Under the pieces are notes generated by a model. That model worked only from the letters and a program-made list of their open reading frames with translations, was not told where the DNA came from and did not search any database. Of a DNA stretch of 64,000 bases, positions 36,935 through 45,717 are shown piece by piece. Each line of letters begins with the position of its first letter. The first letter of the stretch is position 1. The stretch spans positions 779 through 64,778 of the forward strand of contig JBBTVD010000011.1 of assembly GCA_038063415.1 (NCBI GenBank). The letters are read 5' to 3'. Both the position numbers and the translations under genes were made by a program. This DNA comes from Patescibacteria group bacterium (GTDB lineage Bacteria > Patescibacteriota > Microgenomatia > Levybacterales > UBA12049).

Positions 36935-37006
36935 TGCGTCCGGCTGGAATCGAACCAACGACATGGTGTGTATAAGACACCTGTTCTACCGCTGAACTAC
37001 GGACGC
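36935..37006 (-). tRNA. tRNA with anticodon loop CUUAUAC, i.e. anticodon UAU (Ile, decodes AUA)
   Basis: Manual fold: acceptor GCGTCCG/CGGACGC (perfect), D-arm GTTC-AGCGGTA-GAAC, anticodon arm GGTGT-CTTATAC-ACACC (perfect), T-arm GTTGG-TTCGATT-CCAGC. 72 nt, followed by CC. Confidence 0.7.
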
Positions 37007-37050
37007 ATAATGAGGCTCATTGTAACAAACGGTTCTCAAAAAAACAAATG

Positions 37051-39426
37051 CTATAACTTCGCTCGCTGAGCAATTTCCTTCTCAACAACATCCACACTTC
37101 GAGCATATTTCAGACGGGAAAGCTCGACAACGAGCTGTGCAACTCGTTCATTCCGCATGGCCTTCTCCTTGGCAATGTCTTTAGTTGTATCCAGTGAAAA
37201 TGGCAAAGTCGGCTCTCCCCCAACGAGGGTACGCATGTAGCAATTATACTTGTCGACGTTAATCAAGTCCTGTTCGCTAAACGTTGGTTGGAATTCGTGT
37301 TGTAAGAAGTTGGCATCGGTCACACCAACACGGAATGAGGCAATCGTTCCGACGTTACCGAAGATAGCGTTTTTGATCTCTTCTTCCATCTGTCCAATAA
37401 ACTGATTAGCAACTACGAGGTTAAGACGGTATTTTCGAGCCTCAGACAGAATTTGGGCGAAATCAGGAGTTGCGAAGTTTTGGAACTCGTCCACATAAAG
37501 AAAGAAATCTTTTCGCTGATCCATAGGGATATCCTGACGAGACATCGCAGCCACCAAGATTTTGGGCACAAGCACCAGTCCTAAGAAGTTCGAATTTTCT
37601 TCACCAATTTTTCCTTTTGCGAGATTGATCAGCAGGATCTTTTTTTCATCCATTACTTTTCGGAAGTTAAACGCACTATCTGATTGACCGATAATATTTC
37701 GGATCATTTTGTTGGTAACGAATCGGCCAAATTTTGACGTGATGTAATCAAGCACTTCAGATTTGTGGAAATCAGAGGTTTGAGCAATCTGATCAGTCCA
37801 GTAACGTCTGACGATAGGATCTTTCACTTTTGGCAGCAGTTCTTCCACATACTTTTGATCAGTGAGCACCCGCACCACCTCGATAAGAGTACTTCCCTTC
37901 TCTGACATAACCGTCAACATAGCATTACGAACCGCGTGTTCAAAACGAGGACCGACCATACCTGTTTTGTTCGGATCAAACAACTTATACATAAGGCCAA
38001 TGATCGAATTGGCCACAAAGTGAATTTGTTGCTCATTGTCTGCTTCAAGTAGATTAAAACCCATCGGCCGCTCAAGATCAGAAGGATCAAAAAGTATGAC
38101 GTCTTCTGCTCGCTTAGGTGGAATTAATCGCAACGTATCTTCTACTAAATCTCCGTGCGGATCAATAACAGCGAGCCCGTGTCCATCCATAATATCCTGC
38201 ATAATCATAGATTTAAGAAACTCGGATTTTCCAGTACCGGTCTTTCCGATGATATAGGTATGTCGCCGGCGATCATCAATATCAATATGTACGGGACGAG
38301 TCATGCCACGGAAACTACTCTTCCCCAAAAATAGTCCAGTAGTCGGGACGTTTGAGGGAACTGGTGCTCGCTTTGAGGTCAACCAATGAATTCCCGGGGT
38401 GGACACGCCTTTGTTGGGTAAATGAAAAACAGTAGCAAGCTCTTCACTCGTAAGAATTGACTGTTGTCCAAAGATTGGCATATAGCGATAGATAAAGTCC
38501 TGCATAAACCAACCTTTGAAATAAATATGGTTTTTCTTGAATTTGTTTACCGACGAAGCAAACTGGCCAAAAGCGTTGGTAAGATTTCGTAGATGTGAAT
38601 CTGCCTGATCCTGTGAGATGGAACAAACAACCATTCTTACCGTTGTATTAAATCCTGGTTTACTTATTTTATTTTCTATCCCTTCCAGCTCTTTGGCATC
38701 AGTCTGGTAACTCGCTTTTTCAGGATTTGCTTCATTCTTTTTTACCCCTCCGATATAATTACGACCTGTTTTCTTCCAACTATTGTCTGCTGGACTAATC
38801 ACAATTTGGATAACAGCCCCTTCACCCTCTCCCATTTTGGCAAGAGTAGAAGTGATTGAAGAAAGTGGATCAACAGGAAGATCTTTGTATACTTTCATTG
38901 GCAGGTAGTTGCCATGCTTGACGCGTAGCGAACTAAAAGCTACCTTCCCATTCTCGGTAAAAATATTATAGTCTGAGCCAAGCGTTGCTCCTTCCATTTG
39001 TTTTGCAGCGGGAGAAGTAACCGGCACGATATCAGCATCAGGATAGGCTCCATTGATTTGTTTTTCGATAAAATCACGATATTTACTACTCACATGCACA
39101 TAGAAACGAATATCTCCAGTACGCCCAACAATTTCAAAAGAGAAATGTGGATGCCGGCGAAAGAATTCTAACCGGCCACTTTTATGGAGTGCATAGAGAC
39201 TGGAGAACATTTGCTCAGCAGCATCAATTTTGATCTCGTTATCCTTGGGCAGACTAATTTGTAAAAGCGTTGAATCGAGAGCTTCAGCCTCACGACCCCG
39301 GTGATGTAACCACAGGACAAAAAGATAAAACCCTATCCCCCCGACAGCTAACAGCACGAGGACAACAACCGTTGTGATGACAAGTGCCGTCATAATGGCC
39401 GCAGGATTAGTAAGTGAAAATTCCAT
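37051..39426 (-). CDS. VirD4/TraG/TraD-like coupling-protein ATPase (FtsK/HerA superfamily), membrane-anchored
   Basis: N-terminal transmembrane segment, Walker A GKTGTGKS followed by VIDPHGD, Walker B-like LYVDEFQNF, 791 aa. Family placement is from motifs only. Confidence 0.6.
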   Translation of the reverse strand: MEFSLTNPAAIMTALVITTVVVLVLLAVGGIGFYLFVLWLHHRGREAEALDSTLLQISLPKDNEIKIDAAEQMFSSLYALHKSGRLEFFRRHPHFSFEIVGRTGDIRFYVHVSSKYRDFIEKQINGAYPDADIVPVTSPAAKQMEGATLGSDYNIFTENGKVAFSSLRVKHGNYLPMKVYKDLPVDPLSSITSTLAKMGEGEGAVIQIVISPADNSWKKTGRNYIGGVKKNEANPEKASYQTDAKELEGIENKISKPGFNTTVRMVVCSISQDQADSHLRNLTNAFGQFASSVNKFKKNHIYFKGWFMQDFIYRYMPIFGQQSILTSEELATVFHLPNKGVSTPGIHWLTSKRAPVPSNVPTTGLFLGKSSFRGMTRPVHIDIDDRRRHTYIIGKTGTGKSEFLKSMIMQDIMDGHGLAVIDPHGDLVEDTLRLIPPKRAEDVILFDPSDLERPMGFNLLEADNEQQIHFVANSIIGLMYKLFDPNKTGMVGPRFEHAVRNAMLTVMSEKGSTLIEVVRVLTDQKYVEELLPKVKDPIVRRYWTDQIAQTSDFHKSEVLDYITSKFGRFVTNKMIRNIIGQSDSAFNFRKVMDEKKILLINLAKGKIGEENSNFLGLVLVPKILVAAMSRQDIPMDQRKDFFLYVDEFQNFATPDFAQILSEARKYRLNLVVANQFIGQMEEEIKNAIFGNVGTIASFRVGVTDANFLQHEFQPTFSEQDLINVDKYNCYMRTLVGGEPTLPFSLDTTKDIAKEKAMRNERVAQLVVELSRLKYARSVDVVEKEIAQRAKL

Positions 39427-39428
39427 AG

Positions 39429-39971
39429 TTATGCTTTCAAGTTAGGATCAATTTTACGCCACTGATAAATAATTAAGGTCGCAAGCCATTTCATTGCATC
39501 ACGCATTTTTGATTTTTTTTGTTCAGTCTTGGCATCAGGATAGCTTTTTTCTGGAGTAATAACTTTCTGTGGATTAATAACCTCTTGTAATGCTTCCTTT
39601 GTCTGAGCAGGAGCCGTTTGAAGCGTCTGGACAATTGCTTCAGGAGTTTGTGCAGGAGCTTCTTTGGGAGGCTCTTGATTTTCTGCCGTTGGCTCAACCT
39701 CGACAGGTTGTGCAGTAGTCTGCCCAGCAACAGGCTCATCTTCATCCTCATCGGCTACAGGTGGAGGTGCAGTCTCTACTCCAGACGTAGAAGAGACAGT
39801 CATTGCTCCGTATTCTTTATTCCCCGTTGGAGTAGCAGGTGAAGCCTGCGGCATGGATGGGAGAGACGCAGGCTGTTGTGTTGCAGGAGCCGAAGTGGCA
39901 ACAGGAGAAGCAGCTGCTTGAGCTGGAACTGGAGTAGTTTGTGTCTGTGGAGTTTGACTAGCAGTATCCAT
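39429..39971 (-). CDS. Low-complexity Pro/Ala/Thr/Gln-rich protein with a short conserved C-terminal tail
   Basis: 180 aa. Its stop overlaps the start region of the ATPase gene, suggesting translational coupling. Confidence 0.4.
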   Translation of the reverse strand: MDTASQTPQTQTTPVPAQAAASPVATSAPATQQPASLPSMPQASPATPTGNKEYGAMTVSSTSGVETAPPPVADEDEDEPVAGQTTAQPVEVEPTAENQEPPKEAPAQTPEAIVQTLQTAPAQTKEALQEVINPQKVITPEKSYPDAKTEQKKSKMRDAMKWLATLIIYQWRKIDPNLKA

Positions 39972-40025
39972 AGTACCATATTAGCATAGGCACAGTTGAA
40001 ATTCTAATAACAAAATGATTACTCC

Positions 40026-40172
40026 TAACTTTCTCCAGGCCTCCATCCACATTCAGGACATGCAGCCATCTCCCCAGACTGAATTTTGGTTACCTCAGCA
40101 TCGCTGGCTATCCAGCCGCACTGACGGCATTTGATCTGATAACAGATTTGACAAGATTGTTTTTCTTCCATA
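40026..40172 (-). CDS. Small zinc-ribbon protein (48 aa, two CxxC pairs)
   Basis: I translated it by hand: MEEKQSCQICYQIKCRQCGWIASDAEVTKIQSGEMAACPECGWRPGES. It is absent from the ORF track because of its length. Lies 2 nt downstream of the 527-aa ORF. Confidence 0.4.
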
Positions 40173-40174
40173 GA

Positions 40175-41743
40175 TTATGCAGCAAGAGCATACCCTTTTT
40201 TTGCTGCCTGTCCTCCCATCTTTGCATCACAAGGGACACAAATTTCACAAGGGCCTACTGCTGTTGGCCCACTATTGCAGACAACACAAGTTCCTTCATG
40301 GTCAAAGCTGTACTCTTCTGAAGAGTCCTTTTTCTTTAACATTGATGCCAAACCAGCCAAACCAACACTCCCCTCAGGAATGAGCGGTGAAGAGGGGTTG
40401 CCGCCCGAGACATCATATCCTCTATTCGTAGGACAGCCGGCACCGCCCTTTTTGACTGGAGTTAGCTTACCAATTTGGTGCACAGCCGCCATGACTTGCA
40501 ACTCTGTTATCAGATTGGTATCTGCCTCCGGAAAGATTTGATATGTTTTCCCAGGCTCAAAAAAATCCTTCTGTTCACCTTTTTCCAACTGATCACTCAT
40601 ATTAAGGATCGCATTAAACCGAATACAGAGTTCTTTCCAGTTGGGAGTTGCTGGTAATTTCAAAACAGCATCTTCGACTCCTTGCATATAAAAATCGACC
40701 ATTTGCTTCAATAAAGGATCATGATAAATATGCTTCTCAAAGTCATGAATCTCCATCCGTTTACCCTCAAGGATTGCAGCTGGAAGTTCTCCCTTAAGAG
40801 GTCGAGAGAGAAGATACGCATCCAGAAGCGGCTTCTCTGCTGCTTGATCGTAAGGGACAAAGAGCTGTGGATCAAGGAGCTGCGCTGCCTTACGATATCC
40901 CTCTTTATCCAGATCGACATCGCGCTGAGTAAGCTCTACATACTTTTTCCCGTCTTTGGATTTGAGGGTATAGGTATTGATAAATGCCTTTTCATACGCC
41001 CCCTTCTTGCCCTCTTCTATCACACTACTTGGCGGAGAAAAGACCGTATAGGTCGTCCCTATTTCTGTCTGTGGATCTGCAAGCGCTGCCTCAAGCTTTA
41101 TCCATCCAACAAGTTCTGCATGTTCCCGCTCTGCTTCGAGCGTACCATGACTGAGACGGTAGTCAATCCCTTCTTGAATTATCGTACGAACTGATACGGC
41201 AGATGGCTTCTCTCCTGGATTCTCGGCAGGAAGCTCTGCAAATAATTGTCCATCACGTATTTCATAGGTTATTGGAACAGTATTTGATTTTACCCGTTCA
41301 ACGAGGTTTGTTTTGAGATTGAGCCGCATCATCCGCAATTCTTGAAGATAAGCATCCCTATCTTTTGCCATCTCCAAGCTTGTGATATCTTTGGCAACGT
41401 CAAATGATCGATAGAGCCTGTCTTCGCTGCTATACGTTTGCCCCAATGCTTCATCGAGCTGTGCTTGTCGTAAGGCAAGTCGTGCAGCTTTACTTCCTGA
41501 TTCCCATTCTCCCGAACGAAAGCCTCCAGCAACAATGGTTCTTTTACCAGGCTGTTCTGCAGAACGAGAGGAAGGAAATGTGAGTGGAATAGCAGTCTTT
41601 AATTGGTCGGGTAAGGACGCAGTTGTACGATCTGGAAGACGAGGCTGTTGAGCACTTGATAAAAGTTCTCTTTTATTCAGCGGATTTCTCCACTGTTCGT
41701 ACTTACTTATATTTCTTCCTGCTTCTACTGTTATTCTTTGCAT
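40175..41743 (-). CDS. Hypothetical large protein with a C-terminal Cys-rich motif (CVVCNSGPTAVGPCEICVPCD)
   Basis: The ORF runs to 41758, but the first ATG lies inside a terminator-like hairpin, so the start is more likely MQRITV at 41743. Confidence 0.5.
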   Translation of the reverse strand: MQRITVEAGRNISKYEQWRNPLNKRELLSSAQQPRLPDRTTASLPDQLKTAIPLTFPSSRSAEQPGKRTIVAGGFRSGEWESGSKAARLALRQAQLDEALGQTYSSEDRLYRSFDVAKDITSLEMAKDRDAYLQELRMMRLNLKTNLVERVKSNTVPITYEIRDGQLFAELPAENPGEKPSAVSVRTIIQEGIDYRLSHGTLEAEREHAELVGWIKLEAALADPQTEIGTTYTVFSPPSSVIEEGKKGAYEKAFINTYTLKSKDGKKYVELTQRDVDLDKEGYRKAAQLLDPQLFVPYDQAAEKPLLDAYLLSRPLKGELPAAILEGKRMEIHDFEKHIYHDPLLKQMVDFYMQGVEDAVLKLPATPNWKELCIRFNAILNMSDQLEKGEQKDFFEPGKTYQIFPEADTNLITELQVMAAVHQIGKLTPVKKGGAGCPTNRGYDVSGGNPSSPLIPEGSVGLAGLASMLKKKDSSEEYSFDHEGTCVVCNSGPTAVGPCEICVPCDAKMGGQAAKKGYALAA

Positions 41744-41751
41744 AAAAAAAC

Positions 41752-41830
41752 TCCTCATGTTGCATCAACTTCCGAGGAGTCCACAAAAAAAGGACTTCTG
41801 CTCGGAAGACTTTTTGCCCAAAATAAATAG
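41752..41830 (-). terminator. Tandem hairpin plus T-run terminators after pduO (end of the nrdR-nrdJ-pduO operon)
   Basis: On the minus strand: GTCTTCCGAGCAGAAGTCC + TTTTTTT (the lower-confidence call: at most a 4-bp CTTC/GAAG stem with a 6-nt loop), then ACTCCTC-N17-GAGGAGT (perfect 7-bp stem) + TTTTTTT immediately before the next gene. Confidence 0.45.
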
Positions 41831-41892
41831 GCATGGGGATCTGGCTTTACAGTTGCGGCACAGCTCAGGAATGTCACCTGATTCACCCATTT

Positions 41893-42444
41893 TTATCTTT
41901 TTTTCCACGTTATCTCTGGTTGTTTTTCTTGCTGATTCACCAATCGTGCCATCGTAAAGAGGAGATCAGACAAACGATTCACATATTTTATAATTGCAGG
42001 ATCGATCTCTTCTTCTTGCATTAGTGATACAAGCTGCCTTTCAGCACGTCGTGTTATGCTCCGAGAGATGTGTAATGACGCACCGCTGAGACTTCCACCT
42101 GGGAGAATAAACTGCTTCAATTCTGGCAATGTGTCGGTCATCACATCAATGAGCTTCTCAAAAGCAGCTGGCCGAGTTTCAAGCCCAACGACGGGCAAAG
42201 GATATGGCGTAGCGAGAGCCGAACCAATAGCAAACAGATCATGCTGGATCTGTTCTAGTTCTCTTCTCACATCGTTTGCCATCTCCCATGTGCTATCTCC
42301 CATGTGTGCCAAAACCATTCCAAGAGAACTGTTGAGTTCGTCTATCGTCCCATAGGTTTCGACACGTTTGTCTGATTTGAGAACGCGCTTTCCATCAAAC
42401 AGAGATGTCTTCCCCTTGTCTCCCGTACGAGTATAAATAGCCAT
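41893..42444 (-). CDS. pduO: PduO-type ATP:cob(I)alamin adenosyltransferase
   Basis: MAIYTRTGDKGKTSL N-terminal signature. 183 aa. Confidence 0.9.
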   Translation of the reverse strand: MAIYTRTGDKGKTSLFDGKRVLKSDKRVETYGTIDELNSSLGMVLAHMGDSTWEMANDVRRELEQIQHDLFAIGSALATPYPLPVVGLETRPAAFEKLIDVMTDTLPELKQFILPGGSLSGASLHISRSITRRAERQLVSLMQEEEIDPAIIKYVNRLSDLLFTMARLVNQQEKQPEITWKKR

Positions 42445-42475
42445 TTAGACTACCACACCTTTCTCTCTTTTATTT

Positions 42476-42552
42476 GTCATTCCCGCGTAGGCGGGAATCC
42501 AGTAATGAGAAGCGTTCACAGATAGATTCCTGGTTTGCGACCAGGAATGACT
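42476..42552. repeat. Family A repeat, copy 6 (intergenic, within the nrdJ-pduO operon)
   Basis: gtcattcccgcgtaggcgggaatcca + 23-bp spacer + gattcctggtttgcgaccaggaatgact. The spurious ORF 42445..42675 ends in its translation (WIPAYAGMT). Confidence 0.8.
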
Positions 42553-42808
42553 ACTCGTGGGAACGCGAACAGTTGCACCAGCAATCAATGGAAGTAAGGC
42601 AGCGATGACTAAAGAAAGAAATAATACGATGGCGATGGCAATATTTTCTCTGATGAGTTTTTTGATGTTAGGCATAAAAAAATCCTTCTCACCGAGAAGG
42701 ACTATGCCATGATAGCTTTTCCTGCTCGGGCAATATCATCATGTACAGTTTTCTGACTTTACAGTAGCGGCACTGTGGTTGATTTACACAACACTTGCCT
42801 GAACATGA

Positions 42809-45268
42809 CTAACACTCACTATAGCCACAGCTATAGCATTTCTTACAACCTTCTTCATAGGCCAGAGTACTGGATCCACAGTCTGGACAAATATCAAAGA
42901 GACTTGTGGACGAGGTTTGCATAGCTACACCCGTATCAGGAATTGCCAATTGGTTTTGTGCAAGAGAAGCTTCAGTAATAGGCGCATCGGCTGCAATAGC
43001 TGCACCATTCGCGTGTAAACCTTCTCCATTAGTTACCGCATTGATAACCTCTTTATCTTGCACCGTCCCATTTACTTTAAAGTTAGAATGTTTGGACAAG
43101 ACTTTTGCAATAGCATCAGGAAGTGAGCGCACACGATTCTCGCCAAAGCCAATGCTCCGTGAACCGCCAATACCAGTAAGCTCTGAAACAATCTCACGAA
43201 CTCGCTCACGAGCAGGAACCGCACTATGAATACGGAGGACAAAAGAAATCATACGACCAAGGGCATCAGCCAGTGCCATCAGATCTGAACCACTTTTGCC
43301 ATGATTGATGAATACCTCAAACATATTCCCCTTTTCGTCTTCGTTAATCGTGACATACATCTTGCCGCTTGGGCTATCTGATTTATAGGTAACACCGGAA
43401 AGCATCATAGGACGAGGCATACGAGGAGTTACAGGGATAGCAGGCTCTTGAACACTTGGAGCCTCTTGTACTGAGGTTATCAAAGCATCTTCTGCTTTCT
43501 TTTTCTCTTTTTGTGGGTCAATTCTTTCAAGTACTCCTTGTCGAGAACCATCTCGCATATAGGTTACTCCTTTGAGACCCATATCATAGGCTGCCATATA
43601 CAGGGTTTTCACATCGTCAACTGTGTGAGTATTTGGCGCATTGACTGTTTTTGAAATTGAAGAATCAATGTATTCCTGCGCGACTGCCTGGACACGAGTA
43701 TGCTCAAGCGGTGTCAAATCATTTGCGCCAACGAAATAGGCTGGCCTCTCTGCCGTTGGGTTTTCTTTAAGCCATGCCTCATACAAGGGATGATACATAA
43801 TCTCTTCTCCACCTTTCCAAATACGTCTAAACGTGAATTCATACACTGGTTCAACACCAGAACTGACACCTGAAACGAGCGATGTTGTCCCTGTTGGAGC
43901 AATCGTCAAAAGTACTGCGTTACGAATTCCCTGTTCTTCAATCATTTCCCGAATTTTCTTTGGCAATGCTTTGATGTGGTAGCCTTGCATGTATTTTTCT
44001 TTATCAAATTTAGGAAAAATGCCTTTTTCTTTCGCAAGTTCTGATGAAGCAATGTAAGCATTGTCCCGAAGAGTTTTAAAGATTTTTTCAATAACTGGTT
44101 GCGCTTCATCAGCCCCATATTGCAAATGCATTTTAATTAACGCGTCCGCAAGCCCCATAATACCAAGGCCTGTTCTTCGAATATCTTTGGCGACTTCTTC
44201 GTTTTCCTTAAAAAAATAATGCGTTTGATCAATAACATTATCAAGCATACGCATCGCAACTTTAACATCCTGACTAAAGCTGTCGAAGTCAAACGTCCCG
44301 GCTTTGCCTGGTTCGTAACCTTTAACGTAGGCAGACAAATTCATCGCTCCAAGGTTACAGACAGCCCAACCACCAAGAGGCTGTTCCCCACAAGGATTGG
44401 TTGCAATTAATGTCTCAAAATACCATGTATTACTGCGAGCGTTACTTCGACCCAAGAAATGCAATCCTGGCTCTGCTGATCTCCAGGCAGCAGTACAAAT
44501 AAGATCCCACAATTCTCGTGCTTTAACGGTTTTGTGGACTTTGATCTTTCCACCTTTTGCTTTCCATTTATCGAGTTCTCCATCCCACTCTTCATCATAA
44601 CGAGAATCTGAAATATCTGGATAGACCAGCTCCCATTCTTTATCTGCTTTTACGGCCTCCATAAACTCGTCAGAAATACAGACCGAAAGGTTGGCACCAT
44701 TAATCTTGGTGAGGTCTTGCTTCACGGTGATAAATTCTTCAATATCCGGATGCCAATCCCAAAGCATAAGCATTGTTGCGCCACGGCGAGAACCTCCTTG
44801 TTGGACAATGTCATGGGTTGCGACTGAAAAAAGCGTTGCCCAATTAACAGGACCTGAGGAAGTGCCATTTACTTTCCTTACCCGAGCCCCTTTTGGACGA
44901 AGAGAAGAGAGGTTAAGACCAACACCACCAGAGCGAGCTTGAATCTCAACAAGCTGACCGAGTGACTCCAAAATACCGTGGCGTGAATCTTTGGGTGATG
45001 GAATCACAAAACAGTTAAAATACGTGACCTGGTAGCCTGTTCCGGCACCAGACAGGATACGACCTGCCGGAACAAACTTGAAGTCTTCCATCACCCGATA
45101 GAATTCTTTGACCCATTTACGACGCTCGCCTTTCTTTTCGTTCTCGGCAATCCCCCGTGCTACCCGCTGCCACATTTCAACAGGTGTTGGCTCCGTGGGT
45201 TTCCCTTCTTCATCTTTCAATGAATATCGATCCAAAAATACTTTTTGTCTTATACCATCTAATTTCAT
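42809..45268 (-). CDS. nrdJ: Adenosylcobalamin-dependent ribonucleotide reductase (class II)
   Basis: NPCGEQPL...CNLGAMNL active-site Cys/Glu region, 819 aa, C-terminal CxxC...CxxC zinc ribbon (CPDCG...CKKCYSCG). Confidence 0.9.
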   Translation of the reverse strand: MKLDGIRQKVFLDRYSLKDEEGKPTEPTPVEMWQRVARGIAENEKKGERRKWVKEFYRVMEDFKFVPAGRILSGAGTGYQVTYFNCFVIPSPKDSRHGILESLGQLVEIQARSGGVGLNLSSLRPKGARVRKVNGTSSGPVNWATLFSVATHDIVQQGGSRRGATMLMLWDWHPDIEEFITVKQDLTKINGANLSVCISDEFMEAVKADKEWELVYPDISDSRYDEEWDGELDKWKAKGGKIKVHKTVKARELWDLICTAAWRSAEPGLHFLGRSNARSNTWYFETLIATNPCGEQPLGGWAVCNLGAMNLSAYVKGYEPGKAGTFDFDSFSQDVKVAMRMLDNVIDQTHYFFKENEEVAKDIRRTGLGIMGLADALIKMHLQYGADEAQPVIEKIFKTLRDNAYIASSELAKEKGIFPKFDKEKYMQGYHIKALPKKIREMIEEQGIRNAVLLTIAPTGTTSLVSGVSSGVEPVYEFTFRRIWKGGEEIMYHPLYEAWLKENPTAERPAYFVGANDLTPLEHTRVQAVAQEYIDSSISKTVNAPNTHTVDDVKTLYMAAYDMGLKGVTYMRDGSRQGVLERIDPQKEKKKAEDALITSVQEAPSVQEPAIPVTPRMPRPMMLSGVTYKSDSPSGKMYVTINEDEKGNMFEVFINHGKSGSDLMALADALGRMISFVLRIHSAVPARERVREIVSELTGIGGSRSIGFGENRVRSLPDAIAKVLSKHSNFKVNGTVQDKEVINAVTNGEGLHANGAAIAADAPITEASLAQNQLAIPDTGVAMQTSSTSLFDICPDCGSSTLAYEEGCKKCYSCGYSEC

Positions 45269-45270
45269 AG

Positions 45271-45717
45271 TTATTTAATTCCTTTCACTTCTTTTTCAAA
45301 CTCTTCAACGTCGACAAACCGTTTAAAGACACTTGCGAAACGGATATACGCAACTTTATCTAACTCCTTGAGACGTTTGGCAATCATTTCACCAATAATT
45401 TTACTCTCTACCTCAAGTGACCCTGATCCTCGCACTTCTCTGGTTATTTCAGTCACGATTCTCTCGATTTCTTCTGTCGGAATTGTTGTCTTCTCACAAG
45501 CTTTTAAAATACCTTGTTTTAACTTTTCCCGATTAAACTTTTCTCGCCGATTGTCTCGTTTGATAACAATAAGCTGGATATTCTCTACCCGCTCATAGGT
45601 CGTAAATCGCTTCGCGCAGACAAGACAGGATCTTCTTCGCCTGATAGTATCCATGTCTGAACTCTCGCGTGTTTCAACAACCTCTGAGCCTTTGTTTCCG
45701 CAATATGGGCAGTGCAT
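45271..45717 (-). CDS. nrdR: Transcriptional repressor NrdR
   Basis: MHCPYCG...CLVC zinc ribbon plus an ATP-cone. The start was moved to the MHCPYC Met at 45717 because the ORF's 24-aa N-terminal extension is implausible. Confidence 0.9.
   Translation of the reverse strand: MHCPYCGNKGSEVVETRESSDMDTIRRRRSCLVCAKRFTTYERVENIQLIVIKRDNRREKFNREKLKQGILKACEKTTIPTEEIERIVTEITREVRGSGSLEVESKIIGEMIAKRLKELDKVAYIRFASVFKRFVDVEEFEKEVKGIK

Noticed and set aside
42445-42675. 76-aa ORF between nrdJ and pduO
   Set aside because: Its C-terminal third is the translation of repeat copy A6 (WIPAYAGMT). Possibly a tiny transmembrane peptide, but more likely spurious.
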